A DNA stretch of 44,175 bases, from contig CAZIKZ010000001.1 of NCBI GenBank assembly GCA_964539845.1, positions 1 through 44,175 of the forward strand, in the 5' to 3' direction. This stretch comes from an uncultured Hyphomicrobiales bacterium (GTDB lineage Bacteria; Pseudomonadota; Alphaproteobacteria; Rhizobiales; Xanthobacteraceae). A program made the position numbers and the translations under genes. Each line of letters begins with the position of its first letter. The first letter of the stretch is position 1. Positions 19,203 through 28,589 of the stretch are shown in pieces. The notes below the pieces were generated by a model that was not told the DNA's origin, ran no database searches, and was given only the letters and a program-made list of their open reading frames with translations.

Positions 19203-20092
19203 CGGGTGGGATTGAGATACATCTCGTCAATGTCGACGACAGGAGCAGCGGTCTGGAACAAAGTGGCGCCGCCAACAATGTTCAGTATTTCGCGCAATTC
19301 GGTCACACTGGTGACACCGACAATCACTGCGTCGACAGCCTCACAATCAATTGCAAACGACAGACACGAAGCTAGCGGGGTCTGATCCTGACGTCGCCAC
19401 GACTCCCGTAACGATCGCAAGTGCTGTTTAATTGGATCAAAGAATGGATGAATATCTTCCGGATCCATCAGAAGAAGTCCTTGCAAGAATATTGACCTTG
19501 CGTGGATTTCGACTCCAGCGCGCCGGAGCTTCGTAAGGCAGCCGCCTTGCAAAATGCGCTGATCAAGTACGTTTAGCGGAACTTGCACCAAAGTCAGCCG
19601 CATCTTCTCTTCCGCGAGCCGCAACTCCGCCAAATCGTAAACCGACGCGCCTATACGCTGAACCCATCCCATCGAAACAGCACGTTCGAGCGCCTCCACA
19701 ATATATTCGGAGCCCGGCTTCGCGAAATCAGACGCCCGATGAACGAGCACCCCGTAAAGCTGATCCAACCGCAATCGGAAGCGCGTCGCTTCGATCGATG
19801 ACAATACCGCCCGAATATGTTCGCGCGTGATCTGAGTATCGTCAATTGGCGAAATCTTCGAGACTACCTTGGACGGGCAGTCAACTCGCATGGCGCGACC
19901 AACAACACTTTCCGCATCGCCATAGGCCGGCGCCGTGTCGATATAGCCGCAGCCGGCGCCCGCGGCTACCTTCAAAATCTCTCCAACTTCTGCCTCATGC
20001 GGCCGTCCGGTCCTGTTGGAGACACCGTACGCTAATCCGAATTGCGCCGTACCGAGCCCTAAGCGCCGGGCGTGATCGGAGGCCGAACGCAT
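19181..20092 (-). CDS. Aldo/keto reductase
   Basis: LGLGTAQFGLAYG, IDTAPAYGDAE, SK, LVH, IGASVY and ARSIFLQGLL motifs. Confidence 0.9.
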   Translation of the reverse strand: MRSASDHARRLGLGTAQFGLAYGVSNRTGRPHEAEVGEILKVAAGAGCGYIDTAPAYGDAESVVGRAMRVDCPSKVVSKISPIDDTQITREHIRAVLSSIEATRFRLRLDQLYGVLVHRASDFAKPGSEYIVEALERAVSMGWVQRIGASVYDLAELRLAEEKMRLTLVQVPLNVLDQRILQGGCLTKLRRAGVEIHARSIFLQGLLLMDPEDIHPFFDPIKQHLRSLRESWRRQDQTPLASCLSFAIDCEAVDAVIVGVTSVTELREILNIVGGATLFQTAAPVVDIDEMYLNPTRWPKSLS

Positions 20093-20095
20093 AAG

Positions 20096-21904
20096 TTAGT
20101 TCACTCCACGAGCAAGAACATCACGAATATGGCGCGCAATCCTCTGCCCGGCCCGCCCATCGTCATTTCCGAAATACGAGGGAATCAGACTACGTCTCGC
20201 CTCTTCCTTCAGCTGCCATGCCCGCTCTATGAGATCAATCGGCTGCGACAGAAATAACGTCGCCTTCTCAAAAAACGCCTCATCGTCGCAATCGAATACG
20301 AATATGCCTTCAGTCAAAGCATCAAGAAATCCCCCACGCAACGGAGACAATTCGTTCGAATGAAAGTATACGGTCGGCTTTCCCGAAAGAACACACCAGC
20401 TCAATGTACTGGCCGCATATGAAGTGATGTTAACGCGCGCGCTCGTGACCATATACCGTAGATCAATGCGATGCTCGACGACATCAATGTTCGGCTGCTG
20501 CCGCGCCATCTCGACAATCGGATTTTGATCGAGGTACCGGCGAGACCGGTACGGCTTAAACGTAACCCGATGCGGCAGCTTCGTGAGAACATTCTCAATT
20601 ATGTCAGACTCCCATCTGACCCCACCGATGTCGGAGAGCCCCCCGGATGATGGGCGCATAACGTTCCCGATAAGAGCCTGATTTGACACGTACACAATCG
20701 GCGCGGAGAATTTTAGACGTGTAGACCGGCGCCGAACTTGCGCCAGATCACGCGGCAAACCGACTTCGATCGGAGTACCACGCCGATATGGGTTGGCCTC
20801 GAGAAGGGCGCGACCGGCGCTATTGTACGCGAAATAGTAGTCGCAGGTCGCTATCTCCGAAAGAAACGGGGAGTTGTCTGCGCTTGTGCTGAGTTCGAAA
20901 CCGGTCCCATGCTGGGTAGCAAAATGAGGGATATTTTTCTCTTTGCACAAGTTAAAGAGAGCCTGGCCCACCGGATCCACGTTGTAGTTCGTGAGCACCG
21001 CTACGCGACCGCTCAACCGTAACCGCGACAATGATTCACTCCAGTGCTTTGAAGCAGCACGGTTCAGCCCAACAGCGGCTGCGACTCGAAGCAGGAATGC
21101 TTCGAGCAAAGATTCTACAACCCGCAACTCCAGGAAGGACGACAAGCACTTATGAATAATCTTTCCTGTAACTTTGTGAAACCACTCGATATCGCCCTCT
21201 GCGAGCTCATCCGGCTTCAGTTGCGGTGCCTGCAACTCAACGAGCGTAGCACCACGCAAAAATAGATTGAATGCAGCTTCTTTTATTATGCTATTCTGAC
21301 GCGGAATCAAAATCGTAGCGGAAGACAGCGGCCTTCCGATCGATCTCCCTATCTTGTTGGCTAATCTATAGCCAATGCTTTCATGGCCCTCAAACCTTAG
21401 CCGATCCCAAATCGAGGCATTCTCATCTTCTGTTTCGCCAGAAAGCTCAACCGGCATCCAAAGTATCCCGGAGAACCTATCATCATTCTTGAGGACCTCC
21501 CTCCACGGCGACACCATCCAGCGTTGCTTCAACTTCGGCTCGACCAGCGCAATACTCTTTGCATGCTCGAAATGCTTACTGAAAGACGCCTTATAAGCGA
21601 GCAGTTCGAACCCGGTGGTGACACGAGCCACGGTAAGCGCATATCGGCGCCATGGTACATGCTTTGACAACTCGTCGTGGAGTTCAGCCCCCATGGCCGC
21701 AATACAGTCCGACAGCTTCCGGATGCCCGCACTGTCGAACCCGAACTCCAAAAGCTTTACATCCGGCTCCTGTGCGAGCGCAGGTGAAAAGCCGTAAATC
21801 TGCGCGGACGGGGCTAGCTTTCTAGAACGAGCGAAATCGAGGGCCTGTCGACTGTCCAGCAGTACCGTGTCGACGCCCGACAAATCCTGCAAATCCATGA
21901 TCAT
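20096..21904 (-). CDS. Hypothetical protein with a probable GT-B-like C-terminal half; candidate CMP-nonulosonate transferase
   Basis: 602-aa ORF coupled to its neighbours. QHG, FKPY, YAAST and G.A..RI motifs recall capsule/teichoic-type GT-B proteins. Function is inferred from context only. Confidence 0.55.
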   Translation of the reverse strand: MIMDLQDLSGVDTVLLDSRQALDFARSRKLAPSAQIYGFSPALAQEPDVKLLEFGFDSAGIRKLSDCIAAMGAELHDELSKHVPWRRYALTVARVTTGFELLAYKASFSKHFEHAKSIALVEPKLKQRWMVSPWREVLKNDDRFSGILWMPVELSGETEDENASIWDRLRFEGHESIGYRLANKIGRSIGRPLSSATILIPRQNSIIKEAAFNLFLRGATLVELQAPQLKPDELAEGDIEWFHKVTGKIIHKCLSSFLELRVVESLLEAFLLRVAAAVGLNRAASKHWSESLSRLRLSGRVAVLTNYNVDPVGQALFNLCKEKNIPHFATQHGTGFELSTSADNSPFLSEIATCDYYFAYNSAGRALLEANPYRRGTPIEVGLPRDLAQVRRRSTRLKFSAPIVYVSNQALIGNVMRPSSGGLSDIGGVRWESDIIENVLTKLPHRVTFKPYRSRRYLDQNPIVEMARQQPNIDVVEHRIDLRYMVTSARVNITSYAASTLSWCVLSGKPTVYFHSNELSPLRGGFLDALTEGIFVFDCDDEAFFEKATLFLSQPIDLIERAWQLKEEARRSLIPSYFGNDDGRAGQRIARHIRDVLARGVN

Positions 21905-22632
21905 GCCCGATGGCAGATCAGCACATCTTCACGCGTATGTCCGAAAGGTAAATCAGAAGATTGCGGAACGACAAATGTGTCATATCCCTTGCGTCGATAA
22001 CGCAGAAACAGTTCCGCGATAAATTCATCACCGGGCTCAAAGACCTTGTTATCGCGACGCCGTTTGGGTGCAACGTTCATCGGCTCCCTCGCTATCTGTT
22101 CCTTCCATTCCTTATCGAACTTTTTTCCTTCCATACTTTGCTGGAAGCGCGCCTTACGACCCAGATTGACAATATCGCCAACGAGCAATCGGCCATTGGG
22201 AGCCAGCAACGTAAGCGCCTTGTCAACAAACGCAAAGGCCTCGTTGGCGCTTTCGAGCGTACTAATGACGGAGTAGATCATGATCTTATCAAACAACTCA
22301 CCGCTCGTCGTATCGTAGTCAAGAAAGTTTGCGCCAATTAACCTACAGCGACCATCGTAGAACCGTTCCGAAAAGCGCGCGCATACGTCCGGATGATCGA
22401 GACCGGTTGCTTGAGCAACAGCGAAACTCAGCGGGATCAACAGATTTCCGGGACCGCAGCCGATTTCGAGAAGCCTGTCGTCCGGCCCAAGCTCAAGCTT
22501 CGCCGCAATCTCGAACGCGACCAGTCGTTCCGCCCGCCGCTGAATCGTATAGCGGCCCGCAAGCTGAGTGAAGTCCTGCTCCTCGGCATCGCGCGCCGCA
22601 GCACCGTAATTTTCGAACGCGAGTCTGCTCAT
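21901..22632 (-). CDS. Class I SAM-dependent methyltransferase
   Basis: LLEIGCGPG, FDKI and LAPNGRLLVGD motifs. Confidence 0.85.
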   Translation of the reverse strand: MSRLAFENYGAAARDAEEQDFTQLAGRYTIQRRAERLVAFEIAAKLELGPDDRLLEIGCGPGNLLIPLSFAVAQATGLDHPDVCARFSERFYDGRCRLIGANFLDYDTTSGELFDKIMIYSVISTLESANEAFAFVDKALTLLAPNGRLLVGDIVNLGRKARFQQSMEGKKFDKEWKEQIAREPMNVAPKRRRDNKVFEPGDEFIAELFLRYRRKGYDTFVVPQSSDLPFGHTREDVLICHRA

Positions 22633-23618
22633 GCTAATTTCTCACCTCGGTCGATATTCCATCTCAGATCGTAGCCGAACAAGCTCGCAAATCCTCGTTT
22701 AAAAAATGCTATGTTTTCTTCCTTCTGCGTTGCCGTACCGACCCAGGGTATCTCGCCAACCTCGAAATACCTCATGCCGCGTTGTCTTGCGCGCAGGATC
22801 GCATCAAACATCGGCCAATGCCCGAGCGGCTTATCGAATTGGTCGCGGTCGTACACCGCCGACGCGTATATCGCAGTGCTCGCGCCATCAATGATCAACG
22901 CAGAGCTCACCAATGTGCCGGTATCGTCGTGCGCGAGCGAAAGCTCACCCTTCCCTCCACGCAACGTATCGAACATCACTTCCCAAGAACTCGTTGGCCG
23001 GGTAATCCGTCCAGCGATCCGGAAGTGAAACTCGCGGAAACTCTCAAACATTGACCGGTCTGGCGATGCCGCGTTGACATAGGACATCACGAGCTTCTTG
23101 CGCCCCCAGTTGATCAGCGGGCGATACCTTGACCGCACTTCGGAGAGCAGCCTTTCGGGCGTCAACGACAGATCCACCAGGGCAACACAGCGGAGCTCGG
23201 GGCGCGCACGTGACGACATTAACTGCCGCCCGAACCATGTCAGCGTCGGGCCAGCCGTGTCCGAAACCGCGTAACATTCGACTGTTTCGGGACAGAGACG
23301 CGACAGTTGATCAAGAACAACTCTAAGAGCGCGACGCCCTTGCCTGTCGCCGAGTTGGGGAGCGAGCCAAATCTTTATAGGCATTCCAAAATAATTCAAA
23401 CCGTCGAGACCGACAGAGCACAAGACAAACGCAACCGGCGCACTCTCATCGAATATTGCAAATGAGCGATCTTCGCTTATTCCGGCCAGCGCCATACGAT
23501 AATAAGCTCGGCCAAACGTCCCCGTCGCAGGATGGGGTTGCGCGTCTCCAGGCGCCACGAGCGCTTCGGCTTCGAAGAAGCGAGCGTGGTTCCGATCAAA
23601 GACTTGGTAAGCGTCCAC
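22629..23618 (-). CDS. FemAB-like / GNAT-fold acyltransferase
   Basis: VDLS...L..VRSRYR.LI, A.Y.SA, and C-terminal RGMRYFEVG...IAFFKRGF pattern typical of FemABX-like proteins. Confidence 0.7.
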   Translation of the reverse strand: MDAYQVFDRNHARFFEAEALVAPGDAQPHPATGTFGRAYYRMALAGISEDRSFAIFDESAPVAFVLCSVGLDGLNYFGMPIKIWLAPQLGDRQGRRALRVVLDQLSRLCPETVECYAVSDTAGPTLTWFGRQLMSSRARPELRCVALVDLSLTPERLLSEVRSRYRPLINWGRKKLVMSYVNAASPDRSMFESFREFHFRIAGRITRPTSSWEVMFDTLRGGKGELSLAHDDTGTLVSSALIIDGASTAIYASAVYDRDQFDKPLGHWPMFDAILRARQRGMRYFEVGEIPWVGTATQKEENIAFFKRGFASLFGYDLRWNIDRGEKLA

Positions 23619-23636
23619 TTGGATTCCTTAGGCGAA

Positions 23637-24665
23637 CTAGGCCGCATTCAACATTTGCTGCATACCGATCTGATCGAGCCAATTAACATTGGTATCGCTC
23701 GAATATTGGAAACCTGCGGAAACGGGAGAGAACTTTTCCCAATATTCTCGTGCATTGTTGAGCGCGATCATCGGAAGAATCGCATAGCAATTTTGCATCT
23801 CGATTGTGGTGCGAGCATCATCGACGGTGATCATTGCCTCATGCAATTTTTCGCCCGGTCTTATACCAATGATCTCGTGCGGCAGCGAGGGCGCCATGCA
23901 GCGCGCGAGGTCGACCACCTTCATACTTGGTATTTTCGGCACGAAAATCTCACCCGCATTCATCGCCTTCAGACAGAACAGCACAAAGTCGATACCTTGA
24001 TCGAGTGTAATCCAGAACCTCGTCATCTCAGGATGAGTGATCGGGAGCCTCTGCGCTCCGCCCGCAATCAGGCCGCGAAAGAACGGTACGATACTTCCCC
24101 GCGAACCTACGACATTTCCGTATCGCACAACTGAGAACCGCGTCCCTCCCCGACCCGATAGATGGTTGGCGGCGACAAAAATCTTGTCGGCAGCTAATTT
24201 GCTCGTTCCGTATAGGTTGATCGGGCTCACAGCCTTGTCGGTCGAAAGCGCGATAACTTGCCTAACTTTCTGACGAAGCGATGCTCTCACGACGTTTTCG
24301 GCACCCTGCACGTTTGTCTTGATGCATTCGAATGGATTATATTCGGCAATGGTCACATGCTTCATCGCTGCGGCATGGATAACGATGTCGATTCCATTCA
24401 TCGCCAATTCGAGGCGTTCGAGATCGCGCACGTCTCCGACAAAATAGCGGAGGCATGGGTACAGGTCAGGTGAAAGGGCGTGCGCCATGTCGAACTGCTT
24501 TTGCTCGTCCCGAGAAAACACGACAAGACGACGAACATCGTAGCGATCAAGAACCCGCTTAACAAATTTTTGGCCGAAGCTCCCGGTCCCCCCCGTTACC
24601 AAGATTGACGCTCCGTCGAGATTGATCTTCTCTTCGTGCTGGCTTTGATCGCTCTGAGTATTCAT
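23637..24665 (-). CDS. pseB: UDP-N-acetylglucosamine 4,6-dehydratase (inverting)
   Basis: TGGTGSFG, FSRDEQKQ, HAAAMKHV..AEYNPFECIKTN, LSTDKA, NLYGTSKL, RYGNVVGSRGS, MTRFWITL and GIRPGEKLHE motifs. Confidence 0.95.
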   Translation of the reverse strand: MNTQSDQSQHEEKINLDGASILVTGGTGSFGQKFVKRVLDRYDVRRLVVFSRDEQKQFDMAHALSPDLYPCLRYFVGDVRDLERLELAMNGIDIVIHAAAMKHVTIAEYNPFECIKTNVQGAENVVRASLRQKVRQVIALSTDKAVSPINLYGTSKLAADKIFVAANHLSGRGGTRFSVVRYGNVVGSRGSIVPFFRGLIAGGAQRLPITHPEMTRFWITLDQGIDFVLFCLKAMNAGEIFVPKIPSMKVVDLARCMAPSLPHEIIGIRPGEKLHEAMITVDDARTTIEMQNCYAILPMIALNNAREYWEKFSPVSAGFQYSSDTNVNWLDQIGMQQMLNAA

Positions 24666-24785
24666 TAAAACACGTGGCTAACAGCCAATCCCTTCGTTTA
24701 ACTTTCGCCATCCGATACGCAGACGGCCATCACCGCAAGCCCGAACCCACTTTGCCGAAATCTAGATGGCGCTGAACTGCGCCGA

Positions 24786-26678
24786 TCACTTCCCGCCGGC
24801 ATTCGCATTCCGACCTCCACGATAAGGTGGGATGTCATCCGAAACCACGTTGTCCTGCCTCGTATCATGTCGAGCAGCGAAGGAAGCATAATTCTTGTGT
24901 GCAGAAGCATACCAAGATGAGCACTTCAGAAGCTCGCTATGCGAGCCAACCGCCTCGACCATACCGTCCTTCAACAACACAATTTGTGAGGCCTGAACGA
25001 TAGTCGTTAGCCGGTGAGCCACGACGACAATTGTAATGCCAAGATTGCGGCGGATGGTGTTCAAGGTCTCAACAAAGCTGACCTCAGCCTCGGCATCTAA
25101 GCTGCTCGTCGGCTCATCCAGCACCAGCAACGCCCCTCGTCGCACAATCGCACGAGCGAGGTCAAGCCTTTGACGCTGACCACCGGAGAGACGGAATGCA
25201 CACTCTCCAAGAGGAGTGTCAAATCCGTGCGGCAACGCCGCAATAAAATCATAGGCTCCAGCAAGTCGCGCCGCGTCAACCACTTCGTCGATGTTAGCAT
25301 CGTGCTTGCCCAAGCGGATGTGGTCTGTCGGACTGCCATCGAAGATCTGTGGACTTTGCGGCACATAAGCAATCTGCGCTCGCAACGAGCCGAGCTGGTA
25401 CTCATCGAGAGCTGCATCATCGATCAGAACGAGTCCGGATGTGCACTGTCTTAAGCGCGGCAGAAGATCAATCAACGTCGACTTTCCCGCGCCGGAAGGA
25501 CCGACAATTGCTGTATAGCTCCCGGCCGGAAGGAACAAATTCACATCACTGAGCGCGAAGTGTTCAGCCTGCGGATACTTGTAGCTCACGCCGATCATCT
25601 CGATGCCGCGCTCAATACTCGCCAGTGACTTCTCACCCGTGTCGAGTTCCCGATCGGCACGTAGCGTCGCAAGACGTCGTGAAATATTCTCGGCACTTCC
25701 TGCCGATGAAAGCACTAACTGATGGCCCTTCATGACATCTCGAACGACCGGCAGTAGTCGAAGAACTACTAACAAGAATAGGGCTAGCTGGTCACTGCTG
25801 ACGGAGAAAACCTCAACTGCAAGGAAAAGCAGGATAAATACCATTCCGAGAATGATTGGTTCTATTGCAACCGAGACGAAGCTTAGCAGCCGCTCCACGC
25901 GCATTACCGCGTCACGCTGCCGCTTAGCGTAGCTTCTGATGGCAGTCCGCTCAGCTGTTTCGGTCCCCGATAGGCGAACGAGGCGCACCGACATCAGCCT
26001 CTCAATCAGAAATCGGCTCATGTCCGTGTTGGCAAGTGTCGCAGCGCGCCCGGCCGCGCTGGTATCCCGCCACAACAGGCGAACAGGCATAAGACCGACT
26101 GTCATTATGACAGCTGCCGCCAAAGTCATTTGCCATGACGTCCACAGCAACAGAGCCCCATAGATCACGGCTAGGACGATTGCATTCGCAATGCTGACTA
26201 GACCGGACAGCGTTACGCTGATGCGCTGAAGCTCGAGTGTCAGTCCGTTGACGATTTCGCCTTTGGCCTCCGATTCCTGCCGAAATAACGAAGTGGAGAG
26301 GTAGCTATCAAATATCCTGAGACGCACACTCCGAATGAAATCTTCCCGAAGAGCGGCCACGCTCATTGAACGAATTAAGCTTAAACACTGCCGCACAAGG
26401 AGAAAACAAAAGATTGCCGAAAGCAAAAAGGCGAGAGAGACCTTGATCCCAAGCATTTCCGCGGTCTGGTGAATAAGCTGCCAATAACCCTTTTCCATCA
26501 GAGCCGAAACGTTCTTTTGCTGGGCGATGTAGTCGTAGACCGGAATGACCATCAAAACGCCGGCACTTTCAACGAGCGTGACACAAATTGACAGGACAAC
26601 AACGTAGACAAGTCGGCGCAGAGACAGCCCCATCGCGCGCGCAATCCGTAAGAACTCAATGACAGACATTTTTTTCAA
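24786..26678 (-). CDS. ABC transporter, fused TMD+NBD (PglK/MsbA-like glycolipid flippase)
   Basis: About 6 N-terminal TM segments, Walker A GPSGAGKST, signature LSGGQRQR, Walker B LLVLDEPTS and the AHRL switch. Start may be ATG 26669. Confidence 0.9.
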   Translation of the reverse strand: MKKMSVIEFLRIARAMGLSLRRLVYVVVLSICVTLVESAGVLMVIPVYDYIAQQKNVSALMEKGYWQLIHQTAEMLGIKVSLAFLLSAIFCFLLVRQCLSLIRSMSVAALREDFIRSVRLRIFDSYLSTSLFRQESEAKGEIVNGLTLELQRISVTLSGLVSIANAIVLAVIYGALLLWTSWQMTLAAAVIMTVGLMPVRLLWRDTSAAGRAATLANTDMSRFLIERLMSVRLVRLSGTETAERTAIRSYAKRQRDAVMRVERLLSFVSVAIEPIILGMVFILLFLAVEVFSVSSDQLALFLLVVLRLLPVVRDVMKGHQLVLSSAGSAENISRRLATLRADRELDTGEKSLASIERGIEMIGVSYKYPQAEHFALSDVNLFLPAGSYTAIVGPSGAGKSTLIDLLPRLRQCTSGLVLIDDAALDEYQLGSLRAQIAYVPQSPQIFDGSPTDHIRLGKHDANIDEVVDAARLAGAYDFIAALPHGFDTPLGECAFRLSGGQRQRLDLARAIVRRGALLVLDEPTSSLDAEAEVSFVETLNTIRRNLGITIVVVAHRLTTIVQASQIVLLKDGMVEAVGSHSELLKCSSWYASAHKNYASFAARHDTRQDNVVSDDIPPYRGGRNANAGGK

Positions 26679-26783
26679 CTAGGTTTGTGTGAGGCCTGAG
26701 CTGAACACGCACTCAGGAGTTCAGTCAAACACCGAGCGATCTCGCGCTTGGCGCCCTTCTCAACTCTTGGGAGCAATCAGCCT

Positions 26784-27704
26784 TCACGACTCTTGGGGGG
26801 CAATCAGATAGTGAAACATCGGGTCCAATTGTGCTGAAAGGGCAGCAGTTATTTCCGCCAGGATTTGCGGCGTCATCATATCGGAATAGTCGACCGCGCC
26901 GCGGAAAAGCGAGGTCGGCTTTTCATCCGAAGAAAACTGAAGCTCACGCGCCTTCTGCTTTTCGAAAGAAAAGTAGTCCACGGCCTCCTCTACAATGGAT
27001 TTCGGCAGTTCCACTCCGAACACATGACGGATCATATTTCCGAACTGGCCGACCGGCTCCTGGCGCAAATCCTCATAGTTGAAGACTCGCAGTCGTGTGT
27101 TCTGACGTCGCGCGAAACGCGCCCACGAATTATAGAACTTCAGACACCGGTCCAGCGCGCTACCTTTAACGAAATCTTCGAAACTCCCGGCGGCAGGTCG
27201 ACTGCGATAATAGCTGTAGAGGGCGGTCGGAATATTCCTCGCGACTAGCACGGTCTTGGCAACGTCCAATCCCCATAGCGGAGAGGCTTTCCAAGCACCG
27301 TGCGTATGCAAGCAAAGACCAAGGTCAACAGCGGGGAACTGACGTGATAGCGGGACTTGATGGCGCGCACGCGCGTCGGCCGGACGGAACAAGGAAGCCT
27401 TCTTGACCCGACTCCTCAAAGATCCATTGCCCTCGTAAAGAATAGTGTATTCGCCACGAAAGTGCTTGTGAATTGCATAGCTAGTGATGTCGACGCACCA
27501 ATTCCACCCAGACTTGGGGAATGTGGCAAACAGCACGTCATTGCTCTTGTCACGGAACACCAAGCGGAGAAAATCCAGGTTGCGATTCCGCATGTCCGCT
27601 TTGTTGGAAGTTATCGCCAAATGCCTCGCAAGGCGTAGCGGACGCATGTCGGATAGAATGCTTGTCATCATCTTCGATTGACTCCGATTTTGTTGTTGCA
27701 GCAC
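26784..27704 (-). CDS. Sulfotransferase-domain protein
   Basis: 5'-PSB-like TFPKSGWNW, 3'-PB-like ARN...LYSYY, YEDL and SFE motifs. Start is more likely ATG 27671. Confidence 0.75.
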   Translation of the reverse strand: MLQQQNRSQSKMMTSILSDMRPLRLARHLAITSNKADMRNRNLDFLRLVFRDKSNDVLFATFPKSGWNWCVDITSYAIHKHFRGEYTILYEGNGSLRSRVKKASLFRPADARARHQVPLSRQFPAVDLGLCLHTHGAWKASPLWGLDVAKTVLVARNIPTALYSYYRSRPAAGSFEDFVKGSALDRCLKFYNSWARFARRQNTRLRVFNYEDLRQEPVGQFGNMIRHVFGVELPKSIVEEAVDYFSFEKQKARELQFSSDEKPTSLFRGAVDYSDMMTPQILAEITAALSAQLDPMFHYLIAPQES

Positions 27705-27869
27705 GTCGGACGACCAATCTCCGCCGCACTACATATCAGCAGCGGCGCGCTAAGCCGCTAGCTAAACTAACATTCCGAATCACGCAACAATCGGACCCGT
27801 CTCTGGTGATCAGATCGCGGATAATATGCCAACAATTACAAAGGTTCTCCTTTGACGATGAGTTCGTCC

Positions 27870-28589
27870 CTATCGAGAAAGGTATTGCTTAAAGGGAATG
27901 GAATTCGCGGCCATCTCATTAGCCAGCATTTCGCCGCGACCGCTCAGAAAGCGCTGAAGTTTTTCGACGGGTTCACCAGCTTCTGATATCCACCAAATCG
28001 GGTGCGTCAGCAACTGAAGAGCGCGTCCTTGTTCAACACTGGAGTTTTCAAATGGATGCCCGAATCGCCACGCACCTTGGGAATCAGAGCAATATCCTAT
28101 GTCCTCAATGAAACGGCGCGCATAGGCATTCCAAACGCCGCCGAGTTTCTCTGCTCCCGCGAGATACTCGCGTGCCGGCCGATGAAAGCTGACGGCATCG
28201 ACCGGGCCACAACTTAAATCTGCGAGAAGCGCTGCATCCGCTGCAACCGCGTTTGCGAGCGCGGGCGATGAACTGTGCCCGCTCGGGTCGAAATGCAGAC
28301 CGATATGATGGCCAAGTTTCCTCAATGACGCAAACGCATCCCTCGCACTCCTCGTTAGAGGATTATAAAATTCCGATCGCGTCTGCACAAAATAGTGCGC
28401 CGCAACGCCGAGTTCCCGTTCAACCTCCGCAAGATCGATGGCGGAACGCAGACAGAAGTCAACATCGTGTCGCAAGATCAGATGGCGGCTCCGCCCGTCG
28501 ACCGAGTCATAACCAACGACGGAATAGCCATCCTGCAACAGCCGTTTCACAAGACCGCGATAGCCCTCGATCGAGAACGATACTGTCAC
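27870..28589 (-). CDS. Polysaccharide deacetylase-like protein (WbmS-like)
   Basis: ILRHDVD, GHHIGLH, SFHRP, YCSDS and LLTHPIWW motifs. Confidence 0.75.
   Translation of the reverse strand: MTVSFSIEGYRGLVKRLLQDGYSVVGYDSVDGRSRHLILRHDVDFCLRSAIDLAEVERELGVAAHYFVQTRSEFYNPLTRSARDAFASLRKLGHHIGLHFDPSGHSSSPALANAVAADAALLADLSCGPVDAVSFHRPAREYLAGAEKLGGVWNAYARRFIEDIGYCSDSQGAWRFGHPFENSSVEQGRALQLLTHPIWWISEAGEPVEKLQRFLSGRGEMLANEMAANSIPFKQYLSR

Noticed and set aside
24676..24688. tggctaacagcca hairpin upstream of pseB resembling part of JUMPStart
   Set aside because: Only a 5-bp stem and no adjacent ops core, so probably chance.
26695..26724. Overlapping inverted repeats (cctgag/ctcagg, ctgaac/gttcag) before the ABC gene as a terminator or operator
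   Set aside because: No U-tract, and the half-sites are inverted and spaced differently from the operator.
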